This document shows, piece after piece, positions 25,491-37,885 of a stretch of DNA of 64,000 nucleotides. A program made the position numbers and the translations under genes. Source of the stretch: Octopus vulgaris (lineage: Eukaryota); contig OX597815.1 in the NCBI GenBank assembly GCA_951406725.2, forward strand, positions 191,208,001 to 191,272,000, given 5' to 3'. The notes under the pieces are model-generated. The model had not been told where the DNA came from and did no database searches. It was given only the letters and a program-made list of their open reading frames with translations. Within the stretch, counting starts at the first letter, position 1. Every line of letters begins with the position of its first letter.

Positions 25491-26972
25491 CATCATCATC
25501 ATCATCATCATCATCATTTAACGTCCGCTTTCCATGCTAGCATGGGTTGGACGGTTCAACTGGGGTCTGGGGAGCCTGAAAGCTACACCAGTCCAGTCGG
25601 ATCTGGCAGTGTTTCTACAGCTGGATGCCCTTCCTAACGCCAACCACTCCGAGAGTGTAGTGGGTGATTTTATGTGCCACCGACACAGGTGCCAGACGAG
25701 GCTGGCAAACAGCCACGCTCGGATGGTGTTTTTTATGTGCCACCGACACAGGTGCCAGACGAGGCTGGCAGACGGCCACGCTCGGATGGTGTTTTTATGT
25801 GCCACCGACACAGGTGCCAGATGAGGCTGGCAAACGGCCACGATCGGATGGTGCTTGTTACGTGCCCACAGCACGGAGGCAAGTCGATGCGGTACTGGCT
25901 ACGGCCACGTTCGGATGGTTTTCTTGTGTGCCACGTGCCACCGGCACTGGTACCACAAAGATACAAATTCCATTGATGTTCATCTATTTTGATTTGTTTT
26001 GATTTTCACTTGCCTCAACAGGTCTTCACAAGTGTCACAAGAAGGAAGGTATGCACAGGTGGACTGACTACGTCCCAGGTAGGGGCCATGGGTTATGGCC
26101 TGACTAGTCTTGCCGGGTCTTCGGATGGTGTTTTTATGTGCCACCGACACAGGTGCTAGATGAGGCTGGCGAACGGCCACGATCGGATGGTGTTTGTCAT
26201 GTGCCCACCGCACTGACTACAGCACTGATGGATTTCTTGTGTGCCACAGGCACTGGTACCACAAGATACAAATTCCATTGATGTTCATCTATTTTGTCTA
26301 TTTTGATTTGATTTGATTTGATTTGATTTTCACTTGCCTCAACCGGTCTTCACAAGTGTCACAAGAGGGAAGGTATGCACAGGTGGACTGACTAGTCTTG
26401 CCGGGTCTTCGGAAGGTGTTTTTATGTGCCACCGACACAGGTGCCAGATGAGGCTGGCGAACGGCCATGATCGGATGGTGTTTGTTACGTGCCCACAGCA
26501 CGGAGGCCGGTCAATGCGGAACTGGCTACGGCCACGTTCGGATGGTTCTCTTGTGTGCCACCGGCACTGGTACCACAAAGATACAAATTCCATTGATGTT
26601 CATCTATTTTGATTTGTTTTGATTTTCACTTGCCTCAACAGGTCTTCACAAGTGTCACAAGAAGGAAGGTATGCACAGGTGGACTGACTACGTCCCAGGT
26701 AGGGGCCATGGGTTATGGCCTGACTAGTCTTGCCGGGTCTTCGGATGGTGTTTTTATGTGCCACCGACACAGGTGCTAGATGAGGCTGGCGAACGGCCAC
26801 GATCGGATGGTGTTTGTCATGTGCCTACAGCACGGAGGCCAGTCGATGCGGTACTGGCTACGGCCACTTTCGGATGGTTTTCTCTTGTGTGCCACCGGCA
26901 CTGGTACCACAAAGATACAAATTCCATTGATGTTCATCTATTTTGATTTGATTTTGATTTTGATTTTGATTT
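25491..26972 (-). repeat. Tandem array of RTE ORF-end/3'-UTR units (~305-335 bp) with internal 62-bp subrepeats
   Basis: Marker gatacaaattccattgatgttcatctatttt at about 25960, 26265, 26580, 26914; single (CAT)n tail at left. Confidence 0.85.
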
Positions 26973-27008
26973 AGATATAATAAATATATGTGTATACACA
27001 TACAATGG

Positions 27009-27230
27009 GTGAGCTGGCAGAAATGTTAGCATGCCAGGCGAAATGCGTTGCTGTATTTCGTCTGTTACGTTTTGAGTTCAAATTCCACCGAGGTCGACTT
27101 TGCCTTTCATCCTTCTGGGGTCGATAAATTAAGTACCAGTTACACACTGGGGTCGATGTAATCGACTTAATCCCTTTGTCTGTCCTTGTTTGTCTCCTCT
27201 GTGTTTAGCCCCTTGTGGGTAGTAAAGAAA
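27009..27230 (+). mobile_element. SINE family B
   Basis: Family B head to tail. Confidence 0.85.
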
Positions 27231-27894
27231 TATATACATATACAATGGGCATCTTTCAGTTTCTTTCTACCAAACCCACTCACAAAGCTTTGACCAGTCC
27301 AAGACTATAGTAGAAGACATTTGCCCAAGTTGTCATGCAGTGGGACTGAACCTGGAACTATGTGGTTGGAAAGCAAATATTTTACCATACAGCCACACCT
27401 GCATCTATATGCTCAATCCCATTGCACAGCACCTTGACCAAATGTCTTTTGCCTTAACCCAGGGCCAACTAAAGCCTTATGAGTTCTCTTGGACAGATCA
27501 GAGATCATGTTTTGCTTGTACATTCCATTTTTGGCATGGTTTCAATACCTGGGTATCGTTCTTAATGCCAACCACTCTACAGAGTGTACTGGGTGCAGTT
27601 TATAGGAGAGTATGTCAGTTAAATGGCACATGCTGGAAATACATATCTAACGTTCAGAAAAGTTCAGTTACCAGCAGGTTATTTGGGCAATACCAGCTAT
27701 CATTTATGCAGGTAAATGTTTTAATGCGGTTCATTTATTAACTAACTCATTACATTTACTGATAAATAGTCTTCTTCTTTTTTTTTTTTTCGCATATGTG
27801 AGAGAAACTGAGCTTGACAATGTTGGCAGCACTAACTTACATTCCAAACTTTTAGCACAGATTTATCATTTTTTACTAATAAAATCTAAATCTC

Positions 27895-28050
27895 TTTCTT
27901 CTTCTTCTTCTTTTTCTTCTTCTTTTTCTTTTTCCATTCGTCTTTTTCTTCTTCTTCTTCTTCTCCTCCTCCTCCTTCATCTGCCTCTTCTTCTCCTCTT
28001 CCTCCTTCTTCTCCTCCTTCTCCTCCTCCTCATCCCCCCCTTCTCCCTCC
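27895..28050. repeat. (CTT)/(CCT) polypyrimidine low-complexity tract
   Basis: Direct reading. Confidence 0.9.
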
Positions 28051-28459
28051 ATGTCATAGATCTCATTGCAGATGCTGAAACCAAATATAATTGATGGTTT
28101 GGGTTCCAGGGAGTGGGGATTATCCTCACCATCACTATCATTATCCTTACATAATTGTAATTGTTACAGTTTTTGCTATCATGATCATGATGGATGCTAT
28201 CAAGACGGCACTTGTTCTTTTGAAGTTGTTATTCATTTTCTCGTTGGCAGAGGTTGCTGTGGAGGTGGTATTATCTACATTATAAGCTAATTTTGTATAT
28301 ATCATTCCATAATTATCTGTAAAATCAAATAAACAACCTTTTGGTACAACAGTTCCTCACTTTGGCACAAAACTGCAAACTTGAAGTAAAGAGGTTTTGT
28401 TAACTGAATTAGCTCTAATTCATGCCCTGCCCAGCACTTAAAATAATGATGCATTAGAG

Positions 28460-28968
28460 CAGTGGTTCCCAACCTTATTGGGACTGCTGCCCGCTAGGCA
28501 CCTGGGCCACATTTCTAGTACCCATCACCACCATTGACCACCACAAACATAGACCACTTTCTGCAACAAATTCAAAACATTTCATCATCATCATCATCAT
28601 CATCGTTTAACATCCGTTTTCCATGCTAGCATGGGTTGGACGGTTCGACCAGGGTCTGGGAAGCCTGAAGGCTGCACCAGGCTCCAGTCTGATCTGGCAG
28701 TGTTTCTACTGCTGGACGCCCTTCCTAACACCAACCACTCTGTGAGTGTATTGGATGCTTTTTACATGCCACTGGCACAGGTGCCAGGGGAGGCTGGCAG
28801 CAGCCATGATTGGTTGGTGCTGTTAAACTAATTAACCCATTGTTTTAATTTCTTTTACATCCATTGCCCCCTTTTGGCCACCCGATTATCGCCCCTCTTC
28901 ATTGCAGATCCCCTGGATCTTTCCACTCCCTCCTGATGGGGCAGTACTGATAGCTTTGTGAACCACTG
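28460..28968. mobile_element. hAT (Charlie-like) MITE containing a family D insertion (28583-28820)
   Basis: TIRs cagtggttcccaa / ttgtgaaccactg; 8-bp TSD cattagag / tattagag; related copy at 63089-63367. Confidence 0.8.
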
Positions 28969-29022
28969 TATTAGAGTACTGTATACATTACAGCAGGGGT
29001 TCTTGAACTAGGTACACATACC

Positions 29023-29401
29023 CAGGGCTAGATTAAGACCCACAGAGGCACTAAAACGAACTTAGAAGATGTTGGTGCCATCATATACATGTTATTCAAA
29101 ATATAAACAATAATAAGAAATAGAATAAATTTTTATTTTTCAAAATGAAACAAAAACTATCAATAGCAGTAAAAATAATGTTTAACTTTGTAAACTTCTA
29201 CTTTATTTTATTAAAAAGTTTTCTCCTAGTTTTTTTCATTGCAAAGTCTTTGATCAGATCCTCACTGTGACACCACGAACACGTCAAAAATATATTTCCG
29301 ATCATATGAAAACCACTTCGAATATTAATTTAGCAAGTTTAAAGTGATTAAATAGTTTGTGACACAAAAGTGCCATAAACCACTTATCATTTCTGAGGTG
29401 T

Positions 29402-29439
<38 letters not shown>

Positions 29440-29515
29440 GCGTGTGTGTGTGTGTCCTGCTTCCCTTGACGTCCCAAGCATTGCCTTATTTTGCTTAATG
29501 GTTAATCCAGCACTG
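29023..29515. mobile_element. hAT MITE with perfect 8-bp TSD
   Basis: TIRs cagggctagattaa / ttaatccagcactg; TSD cacatacc at 29015-29022 and 29516-29523. Confidence 0.85.
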
Positions 29516-29682
29516 CACATACCATTAACGATATGCCAAAGAGACAGTGGGCTAACATGAGGTTTATAAAAGCAATGGAATTATCAAGTGATCACAACTA
29601 AATGCAACCTAGGTGGCTTAAAAATGTATGGAGAGCATTCTGGTGTTCCTGTCCATCCACTTACTGTTGGTTTGCAGCAATA

Positions 29683-29915
29683 AGGTGGCAAGCTGGCAGA
29701 AACGTTAGCACGCCGGGCGAAATGCGTAGCCGTATTTCCGTCTGCCATTACGTTCTGAGTTCAAATTCCGCCAAGGTTAACTTTGCCTTTCATCCTTTCA
29801 GGGTCGATAAATTAAGTACCAGTTACGCACTGGGATCGATATAATCAACTTAATCCATCTGTCTGTCCTTGTTTGTCCCCTCTATGTTTAGCCCCTTGTG
29901 GGTAATAAAGAAATA
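29683..29915 (+). mobile_element. SINE family B
   Basis: Family B head to tail. Confidence 0.85.
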
Positions 29916-30071
29916 GGTTTGCAGCAATGTATGTATTGAAAAATAAATTTCATGCAAATACTGTCAATCAGGGATGATGTGTTGAGGAGACGGGACTCTC
30001 TGAAACTATACCTAGAATTGAGTTTCTTGTTAGAGAGTGCCAAGCTCATCCATCTCATTAAAATGTGCAGG

Positions 30072-30472
30072 TGCAGGAGTGGCTGTGTAGTAAGTAGCTT
30101 GCTTACCAACCACATGGTTCCGGGTTCAGTCCCACTGCGTAGCACCTTGGGCAAGTGTCTTCTCCTATGGCCCTGGGCCGACCAATGCCTTGTGAGTGGA
30201 TTTGATAGACGGAAACTGAAAGAAGCCTGTCGTATATATGTATATATATATATGTGCATGTGTGTGTTTGTGTGTCTGTGTTTGTCCCCCTAGCATTGCT
30301 TGACAACCGATGCTGGTGTGTTTACGTCCCCGTTACTTAGCGGTTCGGCAAAAGAAACCGATAGAATAAGTACTGGGCTTACAAAAGAATAAGTCCCGGG
30401 GTCGAGTTGCTCGATTAAAGTCGCGGTGCTCCAGCATGGCCGCAGTCAAATGACTGAAACAAGTAAAAGAGT
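30072..30472 (+). mobile_element. Full-length, CpG-rich SINE family A
   Basis: Complete tRNA-like head (ggttccgggttcagtccc), body and tail hairpin cagtcaaatgactg. Confidence 0.9.
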
Positions 30473-30575
30473 AAGTAGAGTATTAAACTAAATTAAATTA
30501 CGGAGATATTCTTTCATGGCAAATGTTTTGAATTGAGATCATGTGATGAAACCACTGTGCTTGCAGCACAGATGA

Positions 30576-31187
30576 CATGAGTTAGCCATTCAGGAATACT
30601 CAAAGACTGTTAACTTCACTTAAACATTTATTTGTAACTAGCAGTATTGGCCGGCGTTGCTCGGGTTTGTAAGGGAAATAACCATATAAGCATTTTTAGA
30701 GAGTTATAGCCAAAAAATAGCAAAAAATAGCAAAAAAATGCATTAAAAATGGAAAAAAAAATTATGGTAAATTTTTTTTAAATCGTTGACTCACCGTAGA
30801 CATTTTTAGAGAGTTACTTCCCTTATATAATAGCGAAAAAAATGCATTAAAATGGAATAAAAAATGATGGTAAATTTTATTTTAAATCGTAGACTCATCG
30901 TAGACGCGCGCTAATACCCAGAAGGGCTCGATATGAATCACGACTATAAGATACCCGGTTTTGGTTAAACTGCACCGCAAAATGTGGGAGTAGTTAGGAA
31001 TCTAAATCGTAGGAGACAGACACACAACTTGACTTTTATATATAAAGATATGGTGTCAAAATTTCAGTCAGTTTAACTTCAACCAAGTCACTGTTAAAAA
31101 ACGTGCAACAAAAATTTTGACATCATATTACAAATAAATGTTGAAGTGAAGTTAACGGTCTTGGTAGGTTTCTGAATGGCTACCATG
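30576..31187. repeat. Foldback element with ~70-bp inverted arms; left arm split by a Helitron
   Basis: agccattcagg...catttatttgtaa|tatggtgtcaaaattt versus aaattttgacatcatattacaaataaatg...tctgaatggct. Confidence 0.8.
30638..31048 (-). mobile_element. Non-autonomous Helitron, family H2
   Basis: Minus strand A|TCtttatatataaaag ... cccgagcaacgccggcc aatactgCTAG|T; 3' end shared with H1, interior different. Confidence 0.88.
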
Positions 31188-31221
31188 TTGCAATCACTAA
31201 ATAAAATTAATTTCTTACATA

Positions 31222-31438
31222 TGAGGGCGTGCTGAAAAGTTCCTGGCTTTGGGTAAAAGAGAATACAGGAGGATCAGATAATTATGGTTTTATTTAACAT
31301 ATCCCCCTCTCAAATTCACACACTTATTGCAACAGTCTTTCAGTTTTTCTAACCCCTGTAAAAGAACTCAAAAGGTTGGGCCTCCAACCAGGCCTTTCAT
31401 GATACCCTTAAAGTCAGGAACTTTCCAGTGTCCTCTGG
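31222..31438. mobile_element. Tc1/mariner-type MITE
   Basis: TA|tgagggcgtgctgaaaagttcctggcttt ... aaagtcaggaactttccagtgtcctctgg|TA. Confidence 0.7.
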
Positions 31439-32049
31439 TAAGCACAAGGTCAGAAACTGGGTGTGTGACAGTCAATTTATTTTATCAATTGTAGAAGGAT
31501 GAAAGGCAAAGTTTGAACACAGCAGAATTCAAACTCTTTAAATTAAACTAATAACAAATAATATGTGTTGTCTATTCTATGATATCCAAACCATATCGCA
31601 TTTTATTCTACCTGGGGCACACCGACATTACTAGACATGATGAAGGGTTGTGATGGAAGAAAATGTTTAAGAATTCCTGCTTTAGAGGAACACAGAGTTG
31701 TACCTAATACTAGTTTCAAATTTTAGCACAAGGCCAGTGATTTCGGGGGAGGGGGCAAATCAATTCCAGCTATCCCAATGCTTTATTTTATTGACCCCAA
31801 AACGATGAAAAGCAAAGTCAACCTCATCAGTATTTGAACTCAGAATGCAGAGACAGACAAAATGCCACTGAGCTTTTTGCCCAGCATACCCACAATTTTG
31901 CCAGCTTGCTGCCTTTAGTTGTATCTAATATTAACAGTTAAACATTGCCACATTCCAGGAAGAAAAACTAGAAGTAGTTTATAGCTTCCATTACCTAAGT
32001 GACCAAGTCAGTAGCAGAGGAGGGTGTACTGAAAGTGTAGCTGCTTGGT

Positions 32050-32680
32050 GAGGCCTACAAACATTAGGCCTCACCAAGTGACCAAGACCTTTGGAAATAT
32101 GCAGTGCGTGAGAAGACCCGGCAAGCCAAGTGAGACCATAACCTCGTGGCCTATGCCAGGGGTGTAACCAGCCCACTTATGTGTACCTTTCCTTCATTGG
32201 ACATTAAACTCTGCTTGCGAAGACTTGTTGAGGCAAGTGAAATCAAAATCGAATCAAATTTGATGACTGGCACCCATGCCAGTGGAACGCTAAGAGCACC
32301 ATCCGAGTATGATCGTTGCCAGAGCAGCTGACTGGCCTCCATGCCAGTGGCACATGAAAATACATTTGAGTGAGGTCATTTCCAGTGCTGCTGGACTGGC
32401 TCCTGTGCAGGTGGCACATAAAAAACACCATTTGAGCATGGCCATTGCCAGTACCACATGACTGGTCTCGTGCAGGTGGCACGTAAAAGCACCCCACTAC
32501 ACTTTTGGAGTGGTTGGCATTGGGAAGGGCATCCAGCTGTAGAAACTCTGCTAGATCAAGATTGGATCCTGGTGCAGCCATCTGGTTCGCCAGTCCTTAG
32601 TCAAATCGTCCAACCCATGCTAGCATCGAAAGCAGACGTGAAACAACGATGATGATGATGATGATGACGACGACGACGCA
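32050..32680 (+). mobile_element. 3' end of RTE LINE: ORF C-terminus + 3'-UTR + (GAT/GAC)n tail (parent of family D)
   Basis: LQTLGLT..SDQDLWKYAVREKTRQAK* (stop 32131-32133) followed by the family D sequence and trinucleotide tail. Confidence 0.75.
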
Positions 32681-33469
32681 TTATAAATGCTATTGGTGTT
32701 GGGCCAATGATACTGAAATACTGATTACTGAATGATAATGTGGATGGCAGTTATTTTCCAGTGCAGAGTGGCCTTATTTATTGCTACACGGAAGTTTTTT
32801 CTGCATATGCACTTACGGAAATGCATGTTTGTTGCTTTTGGATATGATTCTGTAGGTTGATTTAGAAAGAAAACTGTTAACATTCTAATAAATTTAAAAT
32901 GTACCAGAACATATGTGGTTTTATTTTGATTTCTCTTTGGCAAGGAGTAACTTGACGTGGCTGCCAGGTGTATTTTTGTTTCGTTTATCTGTACAGAATG
33001 GTAACTATTTTTTAAACATATTGTTTTTTTGTAGAGTCTCAGGAGGTTTTGATATAAGATACATGGATTATCAGGAAAGCATCCATAATTGTCTCTGGAC
33101 TATCACCATCACCACCTCCTGTTTCAGGAATTTTTTGCAATCTTTAGAATGCTTGCTGGAATGCCCAGTTTGAATAATAACATATGTGATTATTCTATTT
33201 ATATAAATTTGCAATTACAGCTAATAATATTCTCAGAGTTACCTACAGCTTCAAAACAATTTGCATTTAGCAGCAGTGAATACACTGATTTGTGCTACAT
33301 TTCTTTATTTTGATTCTAGGGTCATTATTTTATTAGATTGTTTGTTTAATCCTCTTGTTATCCTCTAAGATACACCATCTGTGTGTTTCAGTTAATTTTT
33401 AAAATAATCAAAAATTTAAAAATATTTAATAAATACTTTGTCATTTATTTGACATCATTTGGTATATAT

Positions 33470-33875
33470 ATTTCTTTATTGCCCACAAGGGGCTAAACAT
33501 AGAGGGGACAAACAAGGACAGACAAAGGGATTAAGTCGATTACATTGACCCAGTGTGTGTAACTGGTACTTAATTTATCGACCCCGAAAGGATGAAAGGC
33601 AAAGTTGACCTCGGCGGAATTTGAACTCAGAATGTAATGGCAGACAAAATACCTATTTCTTTACTACCCACAAGGGGCTAAATACAGAGGGGACAAACAA
33701 GGACAGACAAAGGGATCAAGTTGATTACATCAACCCCAGTACGTAACTGGTACTTAATTTATTGACCCTGAAAGGATGAAAGGCAAAGTCAACCTCGGCG
33801 GAATTTGAACTCAGAACGTAAAGACAGACGAAATACGGCTACGCATTCCGCCTGGCACGCTAACGTTTCTGCCAT
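33470..33875 (-). mobile_element. Dimeric SINE family B
   Basis: Two body+tail units, one head. Confidence 0.88.
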
Positions 33876-34449
33876 CTCATTTGGTATATAACTAAACAAA
33901 AGCTTCTTGTATAAACTTCAATGGATATTTTCCCTCTGAACAAGATATTTTTTCAAACTCCAGCATATTTTGTACACTGTTATTACAGTGTTTTAATTTG
34001 AGACACTGTTACAATATAACCACTTAGTGCTGTATAAAGGAGTAGGTTACACAAGAATCTTCTTGTTTTTATGTACTTGACAGACAGTAGAAAAGAAATG
34101 GTCATATAGATAAAATAATATGACTCCATCTCAGAGAGAGTTCAAATATGTTGCAGACAATCCAAAGTGTTTCTGTGCAGAACACTTTATTCTTCAGTAC
34201 ATCAGTTAACCTACTTGACAGAAACAGGCACCAGACCTTGTCTATATGTAAACTGTGATAGACAGGTATCCTAGTCAAGGGAAGATTCATCTTTAATTTG
34301 TTTCTTATATCCATCAACTTCTATACCAATTTTTAACAATCTGGATGTGTTATACCTGCATATACACGCAAAGTAACTTTGACATTATTGTATATCCTAC
34401 TATGTTGTATGTCATGTGATCACATGATATACAACATAGATATACAAAA

Positions 34450-35065
34450 AAAGAAGCTTGCTTTCCAACTACATGGTTCTGTGTTCAGTCCCACTGAGTG
34501 GTACTTTGGGTAAGTATCTTCCCTTATAGGATTGGGCCGACCAAAGTCATGTGAGTGGATTTGCTAGATGGAAACTGAAAGCAGCCTCTGTGTGTTTGTG
34601 TTTGCTACCCACCACCACCACCACCACCATTTGACAAGCAGTGTAGATGTGTTTACAGCCCATAACTTAGCGGTTCAGCAAAGGAGGCCAACGGAGTAAG
34701 TACCATGCTTAGAAAAAAATAAACAAATACAAAGATTGATTCATTCAGCTAAAATTTCTTCAAAAGGATACTCCAGCATGGCCACAGTCCTATGACTGAA
34801 AGAAGTAAAAACTAAAAGATCATCCTCATCATTTTACTTCTGCTTTCTATGACAGCATGGGTTGGATGAGTTACCCCTGTGGGGGAAACACTTCTGTGGA
34901 GGTACTGCACACATAGAAAGGCCAGAGGAATGCATCCCACTTGTATGCTTCAGTTTTGGCTTGGTTTCTATGGCTGGATGCCCTCCCTAATGCCAAACCA
35001 CTTTACTGAGTGTACTCGGTGCTTTTTACATGGCATCAACACCGAGGCTTTTTACTTAGCACCAT
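34450..35065. mobile_element. SINE A (+, 34450-34820) abutting diverged family D (-, 34820-35065)
   Basis: Shared family motifs. Confidence 0.7.
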
Positions 35066-35124
35066 ATGTATATATATATTAACAAAAGAGGGGGTGTATT
35101 TCTATGCATCAAAAAATATAAGCA

Positions 35125-35288
35125 AAGGATTAAAATTAATCAAAGGACATACTAAGAATGTCTGCCTACTGGAAATAACAGTCAAAACTCTTATTTAATG
35201 CACCATTTGGCAATTTAAATAAGAGTGTTTACTGTTATTTCCAGCAGGTAGACATACTTAGTATGTCCTTTGATTAATTCTAATCCTT
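35125..35288. repeat. Foldback palindrome, ~74-bp arms, ~15-bp spacer
   Basis: aaggattaaaattaatcaaaggacatactaag...ctcttatttaa / ttaaataagag...cttagtatgtcctttgattaattctaatcctt. Confidence 0.85.
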
Positions 35289-35455
35289 CAGCTATTTAAT
35301 GCTTTTTGGGGGCATCCAATGACCTATATTATTGATTCTGTTATTATCATTTTAAAATTGTTACACTAGAAAATAATAGAGTCAATGATATCTTCGCAAA
35401 TATTTTCTCCTGAGTTATTTGCTCCGTATACACACATACATATATATGTGTGTGT

Positions 35456-35765
35456 GTGGAGGCGCAATGGCCCAGTGGTTAGGGCAGCGAACTCATGGTT
35501 GTAAGATCGCAGTTTCGATTCCCAGACCGGGCGTTGTGAGTGTTTATTGAGTGAAAACACCTAAAACTCTACAAGGCTCCGGCAGGGGGTGGTGGCGATC
35601 CCTGCTGTACTATTTCGCCACAACTTTCTCTCACTCTTTCTTCTGTTGGCCTGCTTGCTTAGCCAGCGGGGTGGCATCATTTAAAAGCTAAAACAATGTG
35701 AAGTGCATTGTGACCAGCGATGTGTAGCAACATCTGATAGCCTGGTCGGTCACGGTGATCACAGT
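35456..35765 (+). mobile_element. SINE family C
   Basis: A/B-box head; body as 19025-19315. Confidence 0.88.
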
Positions 35766-36039
35766 GATATATATATATATACATATACACGTGTGTGTAT
35801 GGATGGATTGATGGATGTATACACATGCACACACACACACACATTTGAAATTATAAATGGAAAGGAAAGCACTCAATACATGCATTGAATTTCTTCATTT
35901 ATTTGAAGATGAGGCTTTTCTCCGTCACTCTCTGACTTGACTTTTGCTTTGGCTTCAAATAATTTAATAAATGTGTGTGCGTATGTGTGTATGAATTCTT
36001 CTAACGAAAAAACTGGTTTCTAACTAAGAAATGAAATTA

Positions 36040-36552
36040 CATCAATTGAACCAGCCAGGATCCCTGGTCTGGTGGTACGTAAAAAGCACTATCCGACTCG
36101 TGGCCGTGGCACGTAAAATACTCCAATTTGACCGTACGACAGGCACCCATGCCAACCCCCTTTGCATGTGAAGACATGTTGGGGCAAGCGAAATCGAAAT
36201 CGAATTGAACCAGCCAGGATCTCTGGCCTGGTGGTACGTAAAAAGCACTATCCGACTTGTGGCCGATGCCAGCACCGCCTCGACTGGCTTCCGTGCCGGT
36301 GGCACATAAAATACACCAATCTGACCGTGGCCGTTGCCAGCCTCGCCTGGCACCTGTGCAGGTGGCACGTGAAAAGCACCCACTACACTCACGGAGTGGT
36401 TGGCGTTAGGAAGGGCATCCAGCTGTAGAAACATTGCCAGATTAGACTGGAGCCTGGTGCAGCCTTCTGGCTTCCCAGAACCCCGGTCGAACCGTCCAAC
36501 CCATGCTAGCATGGAGAACGGACGTTAAACGATGATGATGATGATGATGATG
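36040..36552 (+). mobile_element. RTE 3'-UTR element (family D) with internal duplication
   Basis: aattgaaccagccaggatc...tatccgact repeated at about 36044 and 36203; (GAT)n tail. Confidence 0.85.
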
Positions 36553-37849
36553 ATCACTTGCTATTTAGACAACAACAGCAACAACAAGATAGAAGCTACA
36601 TGTTGAATTTTAGAAAAAGTCCCACATGTTTTTGTGCTGTGCTGCTTTCATGTTTGCAGAGCGCTTGTCAGATGGCCTTTTCCTTTACTCAAAAAAGCAT
36701 TATGCTATGCAATACATTGTTATGTTGTGTTGTTGTTGCTATGTATGTATGCATGCATGTATGTTATTCAGTTTTATTTCAAGAATTCTTGCCAATAGAG
36801 AAAGAGCCAGTTTTTAATCTAGATCCAAGGCTCCTTCATTGCAATTTCAACAATATCAATCCTCCTCAAGAAATTCCGGCTGATCCATGCAGGCATGGAA
36901 AAAATGGACGTTAAAACGATGATGACAATGATGTATACACAAGCGTCTATACATGATAATAACCACACTTACATTCTCTTATATATATATATATATAAAC
37001 AATCACACACACATACACACACAGGTGGATGCGCACATACAGAGGTGTATAAGTTTATCCATGAATTGCACATCCAAAATGTACTCATATATAAATAGCT
37101 ATCCTGTGTGTGTGTGTGTGTGTGTGTGTAGTAAGCTTATGAAAGAATTAAGCTTCCTTAGTAGTTAACAATGAGCAGATGTTCTTGAATACAGATATCT
37201 TCAAATATCAATAGGCTTGTTAAGCATTTCTACAATTCCAAAATGTTATATCGAGGAACTCTGTGAACTGATCAACATCTTCAGTAGCGGTAGTGATGGT
37301 GGTGGTGGTGGTGGTGGTGAGAAATGCAAATCTAACAGCTGTGAATTTTTCCATGGGTATCTGTAGAGCTTGTGATGGTGGTGGCGGCAGTGGTGGTGGT
37401 GGTGGCGGCGGCGGCGCCAGCGGTGATGGTGGTATGATGGTGTTGGTGGCGGTGTGTGGTTGAGATGGTGATGGTAGTGTGGGTTGATGTTGAGTACTCT
37501 TTTACAAACATTTCACGTACCTTCAGTCTTGACTGGAATAATATTCCGCACACAAGTGTAGAAACGAACACATACATACACATATATGTGCATATGCTTT
37601 ACAACAAATACACACAAAGAATTCTCTTTGTTTCTCTCTCCCTCCCTCTCTGACTCTCTTACACACACACACACACACATCCACTTCAAACTGCATACAT
37701 ACACAAACACACACATATATATATTCACTTTTAAGAACATACAGATACATACACAAACATGCACTTCAAACTGCATACATACACAAACATGCAGACACAT
37801 ACACACAACTGCATACATATGCAAACATGCAGTTTATTCACTTTTAAGA

Positions 37850-37885
<36 letters not shown>

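Noticed and set aside
25664-26974. Many overlapping ORFs and regularly spaced repeats
   Set aside because: Non-coding retroposon UTR multimers; intervening sequences are repeated too
33035-33173. Possible next ZIP13 exon after ttttgtag
   Set aside because: Phase-compatible frame hits TAA after seven codons; no ZIP similarity or good donor
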